Below, piece after piece: positions 1 through 13,845 of a stretch of DNA of 64,000 nt (positions are counted from its first letter, which is position 1; each line of letters opens with the position of its first letter). A program made the position numbers and the translations under genes. This DNA comes from Adineta vaga. Its lineage: Eukaryota; Animalia; Rotifera. The DNA is taken from NCBI GenBank assembly GCA_021613535.1, contig CP075496.1, positions 14,508,001 to 14,572,000 of the forward strand, given 5' to 3'. Under the pieces are notes generated by a model, which worked only from the letters and a program-made list of their open reading frames with translations, ran no database searches and was not told where the DNA came from.

Positions 1-1274
1 AAAATCTTATTTTTACCATTGTTATGAAACTAAATAAACAAAATAAAGTTAAATATAATTTCCATTTATCTTTTAAATAAAAATGAAAATCTTTTTTCAT
101 TTCATTTTCATTGCTCGTATTTTTCACCATTTTTTCTCGAAATCAAATGAAAATTGACGTCAGATTTTAAAATAAAAGATAAGACTTCGCTTTTTATCTT
201 TCCTTTTTTTACTTTCAAAAAAAAATCTTATATAATCAAGAACAGAATTTCCTTCATTTAATTTTTATCTTATCTTTCTTTTTTTTTTACAAAATTTCTT
301 CAAAGTTAATCTTTCTTTTTTCTTTTGGAATGCAATGATTATATTCGATGAATTCGCTTATAGCTTTTTACTGAAATTGATATTTTCATATACTCGATGA
401 TCTTTTTTGGCCTTCAGGAGAATGAATATAACTCCACTGTAATACGAGATATGGCGAAGTTCAAGGTGACAATTTTTGTTTGAACAGAAGTTTTAAATTC
501 TGTATAAATATTTCATTAGATATATTTGAAAATCAGCACGAAAAACGGGGTGATCAATCAACAATAAATTCCACTTTTCTCAAACTAGGAATCAATTATA
601 AAACAACTGTTTTATCCTTATTGAGACCTTGAAAATAAAAATAAATATTGACTATATAGATCAAACTGGGAAAAAATGATTTCAATTTTCCTAACAAAAA
701 ACTATTTTGAGAAAATCCTGCTGCTAAAATCCAAGTTTTACTCAATAAATTTTGTTACATCAATCTGTTTCATGAAAAAGCTACATCTATTTTGGAAGAG
801 GAGACTTCGATGTATATTTTCTTTGTTAAAAAAATCAACTTTGTTTTTCTTTGAAAAAATTTGATTTTCTATAAGATGTGAACCCTAACCCTTAAAGTTC
901 GTTTGTTTGATCAAACCAATCAGATTGGAGGAAACTTTTATGATCAATAACTCGTTATATTTTAGGTGAGAAACAGAGTACTCTAGGGTTATTCAAATCA
1001 ATCATAACATCGCACGGCTGGTTAGTGAATAAGTTTGTTTGTTTGAGAAAATTGAAGAATTGAAATTAAACGATGATAATTTAATAAAAATCTCGAGATG
1101 TTATTTTGTTTTTCTTGAAAGACATGTGCGTTTCTTTCTTTTTCTTTTCTTCATCAAGAGTTTCATTTTGTATATTCGGAAGAAAAGAAGAAAAAAAAGA
1201 AGCGATTCTAATAGAATTTATTTTGTTAAAAAAAGAAACAAATATCGTTATTTTTTTCTCTCTTTCAGATAAAA

Positions 1275-3472
1275 ATGTCAATGAAAGATTTAAATAAAGA
1301 ATTTGAAAAACTTTTTCAAAATCGAATTAATGAAAATAAATTACAAAAAAAACTTGATCAATTAATTGATGAATATGGAATTAATCAAATAAATTTATGG
1401 AGAAATTTATCAAATCGAACAAAAAATACTTTATTACATGAACTTGTTGAACAAAATTATCCTGATACTGTTAAACATATGATACAAAAATATCAATTAA
1501 GAACATTTTTTAAACGTGATTCTGATCAATTAACACCTATTGAATTAGCTTTTAGTAATCAAAATTGGAAAATATTTGATCTTTTATTAGAATTTGGTGA
1601 TGAAAAAACTCGAGAACAAGTTTCAAAAGATATTTCTTTAAAAAAACAAAAAGAACAAATGATGAATATTGTTTGGATGGATTTAGAATTTACTTCATTT
1701 GATAATCCACAAATTTTAGAATGTGCTGTTATTATTACAAATAAAGATTTACAAGAAATTAAAAGAAGTATTGATTTATTTTCATTTATTTTCTATTTTT
1801 ATTTTTATTTATTAAAATAGAACAATGGATTATTCATTTTGATCAAGATTTTCTTAGTGGATTAAGTGATTGGCATCAAAATGCTTTTAAAGATATTGAT
1901 GAAGGAGGAAATGGTTTATTTAATGATGTTATTGATTCGAAAATACGAAAAGAACAAGTAGAAATTGAATTATTAGATTTATTAAAAGAATATTGTCCAG
2001 AAAAAGCTTGTCCTTTAGCTGGAAGTTCAATACATGTTGATAAACGTGTTTTGAAATTAGAAATGCCTTCTGTTGATAATTATCTTCATTATCGTGTTAT
2101 TGATGTTTCTTCTTTTACAGAAATAATGAAAAGATGGACACCAAAAACTGCTTCACAATTTTCGAAAGAAATTTCTTCTAATGGACGAGATATTGTTAAT
2201 CATCGAGCAATGGATGATATCGAATGGTCAATTGAAATGATGAAATTATTTCGACCTTTATTAACATCAAAACAGTTGGTTGAATTTGAAAAAGAAATTT
2301 CTTAAAAATTTCTTTTTTTTAGATTTTCTAAAGGATCATCAAGAATCAAAGATGAATCAATTTCAGAGAATTTACCATTAATTCCTTCGTCATTTGATCG
2401 AACAAAATTAAATTCTGAAGAAAAACATTTAATTAAACGAATTGAATTTGAACAAACATTTCATATTGATGAATTACATTTAAATACAGAAGAACAACGA
2501 ATTTATAATGAAAATCCTCATTTACGAGAAGTTTTTCTTAATCATGAACAAATTATTTTTCATCAAGAAGATTTTACATTAGAAAATCGTTTATTAAATC
2601 AATCAATAATTTCAAAAACTAAATTACGTCAAATTCAAACAACTGAAAATTGGACACAACGAAAACTTCTTTTAATTGAAATTGAATTTTTAACAAAATT
2701 TTATAATGAACATGACAAAATTTTAATTATTTATGCTGGTGCTGCACCTGGTTCACATATCAATTATCTTAGTTCATTATTTCCAAATGTCTTATTTAAT
2801 TTATATGATGATAAAACATTTTATTTAAATTATGAAAATAATAATCAAATTAAAATTTTTAAAGAAAATTTTACAAATGATTTAGCGATGAAATATCAAA
2901 ATAATAAAACTAATGAAAAGATTTTATTTATTTCGAATTATCGAACATTTACAAATTATGAAAATGTACAAAATGATATTGATTATGATATGAAAAATCA
3001 AATGAAATGGATTTCAATTCTTAAACCATTTGCTTCTTTAGTTAGATTTTCTCTTCCACGTTTAAATAATTCTTATGAATTTTATCAAGGAATTCTTTTT
3101 AATGATTTATGGTCTTCAACAAAATCAATGGAATGTCGAATTCTTATTGAAAATAATCCAAAATTAATTCTTTATAATTATAATCAATTTGAAAAATCAA
3201 TTCTTTATTTTCATCAATATCAAAGAACTTTGTTTTATCAACATGATTTAGATCATATTGAAACAGAAGGTCTTGATCATTGTTATGATTGTACAGCGGA
3301 AATTTTTATTTTAAAAAATTATTTTTTTACTATTCAACATATTAATGATGAAAAACAATTATATCAATCGATTGCACAATTATCTTATGAAATTTCAAAA
3401 AATATTTCCGATAAATATCGTTTACCTTTTCTTAAAGGAAAAAGATCTTTAAATATTATTCCGAAAAATTAA
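1275..3472 (+). CDS. Ankyrin-repeat / oligoribonuclease (Orn/REXO2, DEDDh) / VP39-type cap 2'-O-methyltransferase-like fusion, ~698 aa, 3 exons
   Basis: Exons 1275-1767, 1821-2274, 2323-3472 are joined by phase-compatible GT-AG introns of 53 and 48 bp. Ankyrin: NTLLHELV, LTPIELA. Orn: IVWMDLEFT, CPLAGSSIHVDKR, HYRVIDVSS, HRAMDDIEWS. VP39/PARP_regulatory-like: WTQRKLLLIEIEFL, IIYAGAAPGSHI, GLDHCYDCTAE. Confidence 0.85.
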
Positions 3473-4718
3473 CTTTTGTTTTTTTTTTTATTTTATTCGA
3501 CAAGTATTTAACAAGACAATTTATCATTAAATAAATTTTATCTCATAATCAAAATAAATCTTTATTTTATACTTCTCTACAGAGAATTTTTATAAGTCAT
3601 TTTATGTTCAATAATTTATTTATTCATCGAAAGAATAAGATGTAAATATTCTCTCGACTGTACGGAGGATCTTATGAAAAAAATAGTTTGTTTTGTAAAT
3701 GTATGGCAGGGTCAAGGGAAAAAAAATATCAGTGAAGGCTAGTTGGAAATCATCGTCTTAGAGGAGTAGAGAGCTGGATGTTGGATGAAATTGATTTCGC
3801 AAAAACAAATTTATATTTTGTTTTCGATGGTTAATACATATTTCAACAATAACATGTGAGCCCTTTTTCTCGTATATGAAGTTGCCAGATCAATTCGTCT
3901 CATTATTGGGACAAGCTAAGAATACTTATCCTCCACAGTCGAGGGTTAAGTGAGTCGGCACGACGACCGTTACTTGTTCAAGTTATATAAAATCAAATCT
4001 TTGTCGATCTATTTGCTAAATAAATTCTGGAGGGTGTGGATGATGAACTAGTTCTCACCCACACCCAGTTTACGCTTTTGTTTTGATTTGGCATTCTTTC
4101 ATATCTTTGTAAAATCTAATTCCAATGATTTTTCTTCCGATATACTATATCGAATTGATTTATTAGAAGGTGGTTAATTTATTTACGAATCATATATCGA
4201 AAGCTGATATATGTACTATATAAACCAAATGATTTGATGAGATAATAGTGAGTTCCATATCGAAAAATGTTTTATATTATTTTTTTTTGACACTTATTCC
4301 ATTGAAATATATAGAAACGAATATAACTTATATCTTTTATAAGAAAACAACATTTTTCTTTGATTTGAATAAATCAATTCGTGAAAGAATTGAAAATATT
4401 CTTCTTTTTTTTCTTTCGAAAGAAAAAAATGTGTTGACGACAAAAAGAATTGAAGGGTTTCGTTTGCATATTTAAGATATTTATTTTGTTCTGAATTTTT
4501 TGTTTTTTTTATATAAAATTTTCATATAAATGAATAGTCTTTGCCCTTTTTTCCTCTTTTCAAGATAAAAGAAAATGATGTTACATATATAAGTGTCTTA
4601 ATCTTTTCTTCTTTTCTTTTGAGAAAAGAAACGAGTATATATATATATATGAATGTCGATAGAGATTTTAACCTTGACGTGTACATCAGTTCCGTATAAC
4701 TCGATGATATTCTATACA

Positions 4719-4750
4719 AAAAGAAAGAAAGAAAGAAAGAAAGAAAAAGA
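4719..4750 (+). repeat. (AAAG)n microsatellite
   Basis: Direct reading of aaagaaagaaagaaag... upstream of the MFS gene. Confidence 0.8.
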
Positions 4751-4897
4751 AACAATGTGTAAGTATAGTTATCAATAATTAATTCAAAAGAGATGTTTGT
4801 TGAAAGTAAGATTGAATTTTGAGGGAAAAAAAACGTTTATTTTTATTATATTTGATAAAATTGTTAATTAATTAAATAAATTTTTAGATAAATAGAA

Positions 4898-6584
4898 ATG
4901 TCGAATGAAAAAGGATTGAAAGTGTATACATCTAAACCATGGGAAATGATCAAAACAAGTTTTTTAGTAATAACATGGATTGTTTTGGTTCGTTTTTGTT
5001 TTATAATATTAAAAGAATAGATTTTCAATAAAAGATATTATTAATAGGGAATGCATTTAGAGATCGTTGGACCAACATTACAAGTATTAGCTGTTCAAAC
5101 AGGTGTATCAACTACTGGTATAAGTGATATCTTAGTAGCACGTGGTGCTGGTTATATGTTTGGAAATCTTGGTGGAGCGTTAACACAAAAAGTTGTTAAA
5201 AAATATCCGGAAATGTTATTATCAATATCATTTTTAATTGCATCGATTAGTAAATTGTTGATTTTTTATTGAAATAATTTTCTTTTTTCTTTATTTAGCT
5301 ATTTTTATTACACCTTTTATAACAAATCTTCATCTTTTATCGGTTGTATTTTTCTTTCAAGGAATCTCTCAAGGAGTAACTGATCTTGGTTTGTTCTTTT
5401 CATTTGTTTTCTTTTTTCAAATACAATATTCATTTTCTTTTTCAGGTGGAACAAGTCTAATGTTAGCAATGTGGGCTGATAATGTTGCTGCTCCATTGAA
5501 TGTTGTCCATTTAGGTTTTGGTTTTGGTGCTGTTTTTACAAATTTTCTTGTTAGACCATATCTTGTTGAAAAATCTGATTCAATGATTAAAATTCCATAT
5601 TCAATTATTGGTTTTATTTGTTTATTAATAACAATTGGTCATTTTATCTTTGCAATACGTGAATATCAAATAAAACGAAAATCATTACAAAATCGTCCTG
5701 TTGATTATACAACTGTTTCAACAAAAGTTGATTCTAATGAAAATTCAAATGAAAAGAAAGAAAAAATCTCAGAATATTCTCCTCGTTCATGTGGAAATGG
5801 ATATTTTAATTATGGTTTATCAATGTCAATTATTTGGATACTTTATATGTTCTTTTTAAGTGGAAATGATCAAACATTTGGAAAATTCTTTTTTACATTT
5901 GTTCAAAAATCAAATTTCTCTTCGGGAATTAGTGCAACATGGTTTATGATTGTTTATTGGCTTTCATATTCAGTTAGTTTATTAAATTCGAATTCTAATT
6001 TCTTTTCTTTGTTTTTTTTCCTTGAAATTTCAGGTTGGTCGTTTAATTTGTGCAATTCTTTCGATGTTCGTATCAGTTCCTGTAGCATTAAGTGGTTTAT
6101 GGGTTTGTGGAATTATTTTAGCAATAACATGGTTTATTTTTGTTTGGGTTATCAAATTAACAAGTTTAAATTTATTAATTCTTGGTGCATTTACAGGTTT
6201 AGTCTTTTCTCCAACATTTCCATTATCATTTGCATTTATAAATCAAAGATTAAATGTTAATCCATTACTTGTTGGTCTTCTTCTTTCTGGTGCATCACTT
6301 GGTGCAATGACATTTCAAAAACTAGCTGGTAAAAAACAAATATTTTCTTTAAAAAGAAAACAAATACATTTTAAATTTACTTTTAAGGAATCATTTTGGA
6401 TGCACATCCCAAACAGTTTCCAACAATTTTGATTACATGTGTTATTCTTTCAATAATTTTCTTTATTATTGCAATGATTATTAGTTCAGTTCATCAAAAA
6501 AACTTACCTTCAAAACCCAAAGAAATTGTTTATCGAAATAATGAAGAAGAACAAATAGAAATTTATCTTAATCATAATCAATAA
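4898..6584 (+). CDS. MFS transporter, MFSD4/NaGLT1-like, multi-exon
   Basis: Hydrophobic exons with LEIVGPTL, ARGAGYMFG, DLGGTSLMLAMW, LNVVHLGFGFGA, GRLICA and FSPTFP, separated by short GT-AG introns. Confidence 0.85.
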
Positions 6585-7060
6585 TTTTTTCTCTCTTTTA
6601 CAAAGATTTTTAGTTTGTAGTTTGTTTCTCAGTTAGCTAATAAATTTGTTTTTCATGAAAATCTATTCATAGATCATTATTCCACCCAAAAAAAAGAAAC
6701 TCAACTTAGTAAACATGAAATAAAGAAAAGGTGAATGTGCACTTGAAAGTTTTAGTCTTCGGAGGACATGTTTATGCCATTAAAAACATTTCAAACAAAA
6801 ATAAGTTAAAAGCAAAAAGAAAAAAGAAAAAAAAAAGAAGTTTTTCTTTTTCAATCTATCATCACAATTCATTTTTAAAACGTTTAATAAAAGACATTTT
6901 CGTTCCAAAGATTTTATCAAGATAGTTGTCAAAAGTTAAAATCTTCTTCAAAATTATTGATTATGGTATGTAGATACTTTCATCTTTTTCTTTCTCCAAG
7001 AGAGAAGAGTTCATCAAATAGAATTTCCATGACAGCTGTTTTGTTTCCATGTGTCACGAT

Positions 7061-7421
7061 AATACAAATGCTAATCAGTATTTTTCGAATAACTGTTAAT
7101 AGAAAGGTGCGATTTCCATCATTGGGTAAAAGGAATGAAGATGCATCAAATTATGTATTATTAGTTTTTCTTTCGTGCTAAACGAAAAAAACACAAAAAC
7201 GAACATTTCTTACAGAAGACCGTAGTATTTATCTCGTCTTTCACAGTAAACATATTGCGAAATAGGTTTGTTCTTAAAAAGACCAATTGAAAACCTTCTA
7301 ACAAGTAGATCAGAAATATGTGTAATATGCGATTCGATGCATCTTAATCTCTTCTTTCGAATGGTGAAAACCACAGCTTTCTATCTTGTTTCTCTCAAAA
7401 ATACTGACTAGTATTCGTGTT
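7061..7421. mobile_element. Old, diverged foldback/MITE with ~100 bp imperfect inverted arms
   Basis: 7061-7160 aligns to the reverse complement of 7323-7421 (shared tcagtatttt, atagaaag, aagatgcatc blocks). Confidence 0.6.
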
Positions 7422-8709
7422 ACCTATCGAAGTTTTATTTTTATGATATTGGTTAAAGTATAATCAAATAGCATAGAAAAAAAAGAGCATTCTTTTCTCT
7501 ATCAAGCTTAATATGTGCTACTAAAATATCGTTGTCACTATTCTCGCATAACCCTCTATGTACCATCCAGGGCGCAAATGGTACCTGCTCTTTAAAAGCA
7601 AGAAAATGCTATAAAATCATAATCTTTGAATAACTCATATGGTTTAATCAGATACTTGTTGAAAAGAGAAAAGAAATCCTTCTCAAAATGCATTCGTTGT
7701 TTTATCGCTAAAAATAGACTTGAGTGTACTAGGGTTAAATAAATTCAAAAGAGAACAGTTTCTTGACACAAAATCTTGAAAAGAAAATCCAGTCTCATAA
7801 TGAAATGTATGAAAATTGTTTTTTTTGTTTAGGTGCAAAACATATATTCAAAATTTTTCTTTTTACTAAAAGTTTTTTCTCGGTTAACATTTCGATAGAA
7901 AATACTGAACGTTTATTTTTCTGAATTGTTTCACAAGATTTCCTTAATAAAATACTTTTTAAACTTTAATCGAGAATAAAAATATTTCTTTGTAGAAAAT
8001 GATGATTGTGATTGATCAAGACTTTTCTTTTTTCTTTTCCAAAGAAAATAACAAAAAAATAATTTCATTCGACATGCAATATCTGAAAAAGAAGGAGAAA
8101 AACAACATTTATTTTCTTAAGTAAAAATGTTTAAAAGGATCGATATTTAATCAATGATTAAATTGTAAAAGAAAAATTTCTTTTCAAATACTTGAAGATT
8201 TCATTTGTAAAATATTCATTTCTAATAAGTTATTCTTTATTTTAATTAGATTTTATTTTGACATTGGTTATCAATCATGGTATGTATTTATATTTATCTT
8301 TTATTGAAAAAAAGAAAAATCAACAAAAGTTTCATAGATTTAACAATCGTTTTTTTTCTATTCAGTTGACCACATTCGAGTTTTTACCTCGGAGAAAATC
8401 TATTCAGACGATTTAATTCACCTAAAAAGAAAAGAAATTGATTGAAAAAACACTTTTCATGTTAAAAACTATTGAATAGGCGTTTTCTTTTCATATTCTT
8501 TGATGACATTTAAGTTCGTATCGGATCAAAATTGAAAAATGTACGGAAAAGAAAGTTTGAAAAGTACAAAATATATAAATGAATAGATCGATGATTTATT
8601 ATAGAATTTTCTTAACAAAAGATTATTTCTTTTTTTCATTGACACAAAGAAAACAAATTTCTTTTATATTATTTTGAGATTTGAGAAAAAAATTATTTTC
8701 TTTTCAAAA

Positions 8710-11632
8710 ATGAAAGATTTTTATACAATTAAATTCAAAGTAAATTATTTATTTATTTTTTTATTTATTTTATTTTATTTTATTTTATTAGAATATTCCA
8801 ACAATTATCTATTTTATATATTTCTTTTCAATTAATCATTTTCTTATAAATGCCTTTTCAATTCAAAGTAATTTGCTTTTATTTATTCTTTTTTTTTATT
8901 TTTTATTTTTATTAGGAAATGATTATTTATCTTTCAATGATGATATTGATCATTCACGTTTCCAACGTGATGTTCAACTTCAACAGAACATAGGTAGAGC
9001 TGATGATTTAACTTGTATGTGTCCATGTGCATGTACAACAACGACAACGACCACAACTTGTAAGAATCTTTTTTTCTGTTCTATTATTTATAAGTAGAAT
9101 ATCAAATTAGAATTATATAAAGATAAGAAAAAAAGATTTATAATCATTATTAAATTTAAAAACAATTAAAAATAGTGAAGACAAAAAATATAGGAATAAT
9201 TATGTGACAAAAGACAAACCTGTCGTTTTCTACGAGTATTAGGGAAATTTCAATCGAGAAAGTCAAGATAAATCTAAATAAAAATCAATGATATCTTCTT
9301 ATTCTTACAATCATGTCGAAGATTGATTTATAGGGAAACAATTTTTGTTTAAATTTCAAAACTAAGCTTATTGAACACAAAACAGAGAATATCAAACTTC
9401 ACTACATAATTTTCACAAGAAACATAGAATAATATTTTATTTTATACAATTAATAGCAACTAGTTCAACATCATCCACTTCTACATCATCATCCACCTCA
9501 ACATCAACAACTTCATCAACATCATCTACTTCCACAACATCCACTTCGTCAACATCAGCTACAACATCGACATCATCGACATCCACAACGTCAACCACTT
9601 CGACAACAACAACAACTGGAACAACGTCCACATCCTCAACATCATCGACTTCATCGACATCCACCTCATCGACATCATCGACTTCGTCGACATCATCCAC
9701 CTCAACAACATCTGCAACTTCATCCACTTCTTCAACATCAACTACCTCAACGACATCAACCACTACAACAACTGGAACAACTTCCACCTCTACAACATCA
9801 TCGACTTCAACGACATCAACGACGTCAACGACAACAACTGGTACAACGTCCACTACGTCGACGACATCAACTACCACATCATCAACTTCTTCAACATCAT
9901 CTACCTCATCAACTTCGTCTACCTCATCAACAACATCAACCTCCACAACCTCCACGTCTACAACATCATCCACATCAACAACCACTGTCACAACATCCAC
10001 TACTTCAACATCAACTACCTCATCGACATCATCCACTTCTTCAACATCATCCACATCTTCAACTTCGTCCACATCCTCAACATCATCGACAACATCGACG
10101 ACAACGGAAACGACTGCAACATCTAGCACTACGTCGACAACATCAACTTCCACATCATCCACTTCTTCAACATCATCTACCTCGTCAACTTCATCTACCT
10201 CATCAACATCATCGAGCTCCACAACATCCACGTCTTCAACATCATCCACCTCATTAACCACTGACACAACATCCACTACCTCAACATCCACGTCTTCAAC
10301 ATCAACTACCTCATCAACATCTTCAACGTCATCCACATCTTCAACTTTGTCCACTTCCACAACATCCACAACATCCTCAACATCGACCACCACTACTGAG
10401 ACTACATCATCCACCTCAACTTCGACTACTTCAAGTACATCAACTACAAGTTCGTCAACATCAACTACTACTTCTACATCGACCTCGGCTACTGGAACAA
10501 CAATAACAGAAACATCAACAACGTCAACTACTTCTACTACAAGTACATCGACATCATCAACATCAAGTACTTCCACTACAAGTACATCGACATCATCAAC
10601 ATCAACTAGTACATCATCCTCGTCTACTTCTTCAACTTCAACTACATCCACATCCACTTCAACATCTTCTAGTTCAACTTCATCAACATCAACTTCATCA
10701 ACATCCTCATCATCATCGACAACATCGACAACAAGTACAGGCACCACATCAACTTCCTCCTCAACGTCATCTAGTTCAACTTCGTCTACATCAACGTCAT
10801 CAACATCCACGTCTACCTTTTCAACTTCAACCAGTTCAACTTCAACTTCGTCGACATCCACTTCGACGTCATCTAGTTCAACTTCATCGACGTCCACTTC
10901 TTCAACATCGACTTCAACATCGTCAACATCGACAACTAGTACTGGCACAACATCAACTTCATCCTCAACCTCATCCAGTTCGACTTCATCAACGTCTACC
11001 TCGTCAACGTCGACATCGACTTCGACAACATCGACAACTAGTACGACTACCACATCAACTTCATCCTCAACTTCATCCACTTCAACTTCGTCAACATCCA
11101 CGTCCACTTCTTCAACATCAACATCAACTTCTACTTCAACATCAACTTCGACCTCTACTTCAACATCAACTTCAACTTCTACTTCAACTTCTACTACAAG
11201 TACTAGTACCACGTCCACTTCAACAACCTCTACAACTTCAACTACCACTTCTACTACTACGACAACTTGTTTACCAATATGTTTACAATGGGATTGTTGG
11301 ATCAATGTCACTGCAACAATTCCATATTCTTCGACGGTGAGAGATCCAAATAGTCAAACATCAACAAGTACAACAACAGAATCACAATTGCAACGAGAAC
11401 TAGTAGCATATTCAAGTACTATCAAAGGACTTGAAGATGAAAATTATCGGTTGAAATTAGGATTAGGACTTGGTCTAGGTGTTGGTGTATCAGCAGCAAG
11501 TGCAGCGGCACTTGGTTCTGTTGTTTATTTCAAAAATCGGTAAGAGAATATATAATTTAAGAAATAATTCTATTAACTTGATTTTTTTTCTTCTTTTCTT
11601 TTAGTCTGTCAAGTCTACATAATGCTATTTAA
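8710..11632 (+). CDS. Ser/Thr-rich mucin-like type I membrane protein
   Basis: Phase-compatible exons 8710-8739, 8792-8867, 8916-9059, 9457-11539, 11605-11632. Hydrophobic N-terminus, CMCPCAC motif, ~600 aa S/T tract, CLPICLQWDCW, and a TM segment LGLGLGLGVGVSAASAAALGSVVYF. Confidence 0.8.
9457..11267 (+). repeat. Low-complexity coding repeat (TCN/ACN codons) of the mucin
   Basis: Degenerate Ser/Thr codon repeats with periodic GTT/ETT interruptions. Confidence 0.9.
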
Positions 11633-12565
11633 ATGGAAAAGAGACAAAGAAAAAAAGACAATCTTTTTAAAAAGACTTTTTGTTTAATTAGTGTGTTTCA
11701 TTTCTTTTATTTGTTTGTCGAATTGATTTTATTCATATAATCAAACTATCCAAGATATTATTGTGCTCAGATAGTGATAAGATCCTCATGATGATAAAAA
11801 CTTAAGAAGAATCAGAAGAAGCAAGATTTATCAGTGTTTAATATTTATTTCATAATCATTAGGAAAATCCATTGCGTTTCGGTTCTTTTTTCTCTTCAAA
11901 CTAAAATAGTCTCTCAATTGAAGATCTATATAACCAGATTTTGTACCACTCCTATGTTATAGTAACGAATATATTAATCGCATTGAAAGATAGAATGTTT
12001 ATTCGAAATCTTAACATCGAGTTAAAAGATCACTTCTTTGCTAATGAATTAGTATTGCATCTGTGACTATATTCATTTGTTATTCTATTGCAAACTTTTT
12101 TAATATTTTGAATAATTATATTGAAAGCACAAAATAAGCATATCTATTGAAGAAATTAAATCTCTATTCAAATCTGTATCGTTGTATTTGATTATGTTCC
12201 ATACTAATGTGTTTATTTCATTGTCATTTTATCAGGCATATAATATAGCTGATCTCTTTTGAAATAAATCATTCTTACTATATTCATCTTCATCTTCTCT
12301 TCGAGTTTTAGTCTCATATTTTATTGATTAATAAGGAAAGCGATGCAACAATTTTTTCTATTCATATTTTTATAGACACATATATAAATTTTCTTCGTCA
12401 TCATTATATCAGACAAATACTCTCTGTCGTTCGGTTGCTATAACAAACAAAAATAACGACATTATTTTCTTTCTTCTCAGTTTTTATAGAACAGAATAGA
12501 AAAAAAGAAAAGTATTTCACGTGTTTTTGTTTTTAGATTGAATATTTAATTGAAAATAAAGTACT

Positions 12566-13603
12566 ATGGCAATGAGTAAGACAAATTCAAGAATTTCATC
12601 AGATGTCTCAATGAAAAATGATTCTCCATTATCAAATAAACGTGTTATATGGTATTATAATAATAATACTGAAGATTCATCTAATTCTTCGTGGATTCCT
12701 TTTAATGATATTGATAATGAAATCGTTGAAAATGCATTTTCAAAACAATTTAGAAAAGTTGAACTTGATGATTATATTGTTGATCTTGATAAATTGATTC
12801 AAATTGATAAACAAGATATATCGATTAAAAGATCAATTAAACGTCATATTCATTCATCTAATGAAACAGCTCCACTCCGTTCAGAACGATTTTATACATC
12901 ACAAAAACTTGTTAAATCATTGCATGGTAATGATACCAATGATCGTCGTTTTCTCAATAAAGTACGAAAACGATTTGAAACTTTATCAACAAATGAAAAA
13001 TTAGACAAAGCTGCAGATGGAATTATTCAAGAAGGAATTGGTATTGGAAGAGAAATCGAAGCAAAATGGATCGCAGAACAACTACATTTAATTCAAGAAA
13101 AATCAGCAAATGAAATAGAAAAATGTCTTATCTTACTTTATACAACAGAAAGTTTTCTTTATCGTCTTATAAATATAACATTAAGAGAAAATGATCAATC
13201 AAAATTAGATACACTTGGACCATTTATTGAACTTCTTTTTCATACAGATTGTTCATCATCAATGTGTAAAATAGGTTATTCAGGTGAATTATATCGAGGT
13301 GCACAACTTGATGATGAAACTATTCAATCATATATAGATTCTATTGGTAAAAAGAAAACATGGGATGCATTTTCATCAACAAGTAAAAATAGAAAAAAAG
13401 CACAAAGTTTTGGTAATGTTCTTTTTATTATTAATCGTGATAAATCAACAAGATATAAATATTCAGGAATGGATGTATCATCAATTTCTCAATATCCTGA
13501 TGAAGAAGAAGTTTTAATACGAGCATCAAGAAATTTTCTTGTTGAAAATGTTGAAAAAGATAATAGAACAAATAAATATTTGATTTATCTATCACTTCTT
13601 TAA
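12566..13603 (+). CDS. WWE domain + R-S-E class ADP-ribosyltransferase, intronless
   Basis: WWE: VIWYY...WIPFNDIDNEIVENAF...YIVDL...Q...RSIKR. ART: LYRG, FSSTS, EEEVL, preceded by the LYTTESFLYRLIN helix. Confidence 0.88.
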   Translation: MAMSKTNSRISSDVSMKNDSPLSNKRVIWYYNNNTEDSSNSSWIPFNDIDNEIVENAFSKQFRKVELDDYIVDLDKLIQIDKQDISIKRSIKRHIHSSNETAPLRSERFYTSQKLVKSLHGNDTNDRRFLNKVRKRFETLSTNEKLDKAADGIIQEGIGIGREIEAKWIAEQLHLIQEKSANEIEKCLILLYTTESFLYRLINITLRENDQSKLDTLGPFIELLFHTDCSSSMCKIGYSGELYRGAQLDDETIQSYIDSIGKKKTWDAFSSTSKNRKKAQSFGNVLFIINRDKSTRYKYSGMDVSSISQYPDEEEVLIRASRNFLVENVEKDNRTNKYLIYLSLL

Positions 13604-13845
13604 TTCTTTTGTCAAATAAATCAGTAGTGTCAAACTTGAAACTTGAATTCAATTGAAAATTTCTCAATTCAACCTCTCCATACACACTATAAGTACAAAA
13701 AAAATAGTATGAAATAGGTGATAAAACTAAAAAAAATATTTTATTTGTCTATCACTTCTTTAACTGTTTTTTGTGAAATAAAATTAAATAATTAAAATTA
13801 AAAAAAAAGAAAGAAAGAACCTATAAAGAGAAGAAAAAAAAACTT

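Noticed and set aside
881-990. AACCCTAACCCT / AGGGTT as a telomere or piggyBac MITE (similar at 7549-7739)
   Set aside because: Only two repeat units are present and the TIR/TSD match is poor; possibly old MITE relics but not supportable.
676-1297. Short F/K/L/I-rich ORFs here and throughout intergenic or antisense regions (e.g. 4248, 6731, 23836, 49377, 50675)
   Set aside because: Their composition reflects AT-rich non-coding DNA or overlap with real genes on another frame or strand.
9437-11311. 624-aa Val/Asp/Glu ORF on the minus strand
   Set aside because: It is the antisense shadow of Ser/Thr codon repeats; the plus strand has the splice sites, signal-like N-terminus and TM segment.
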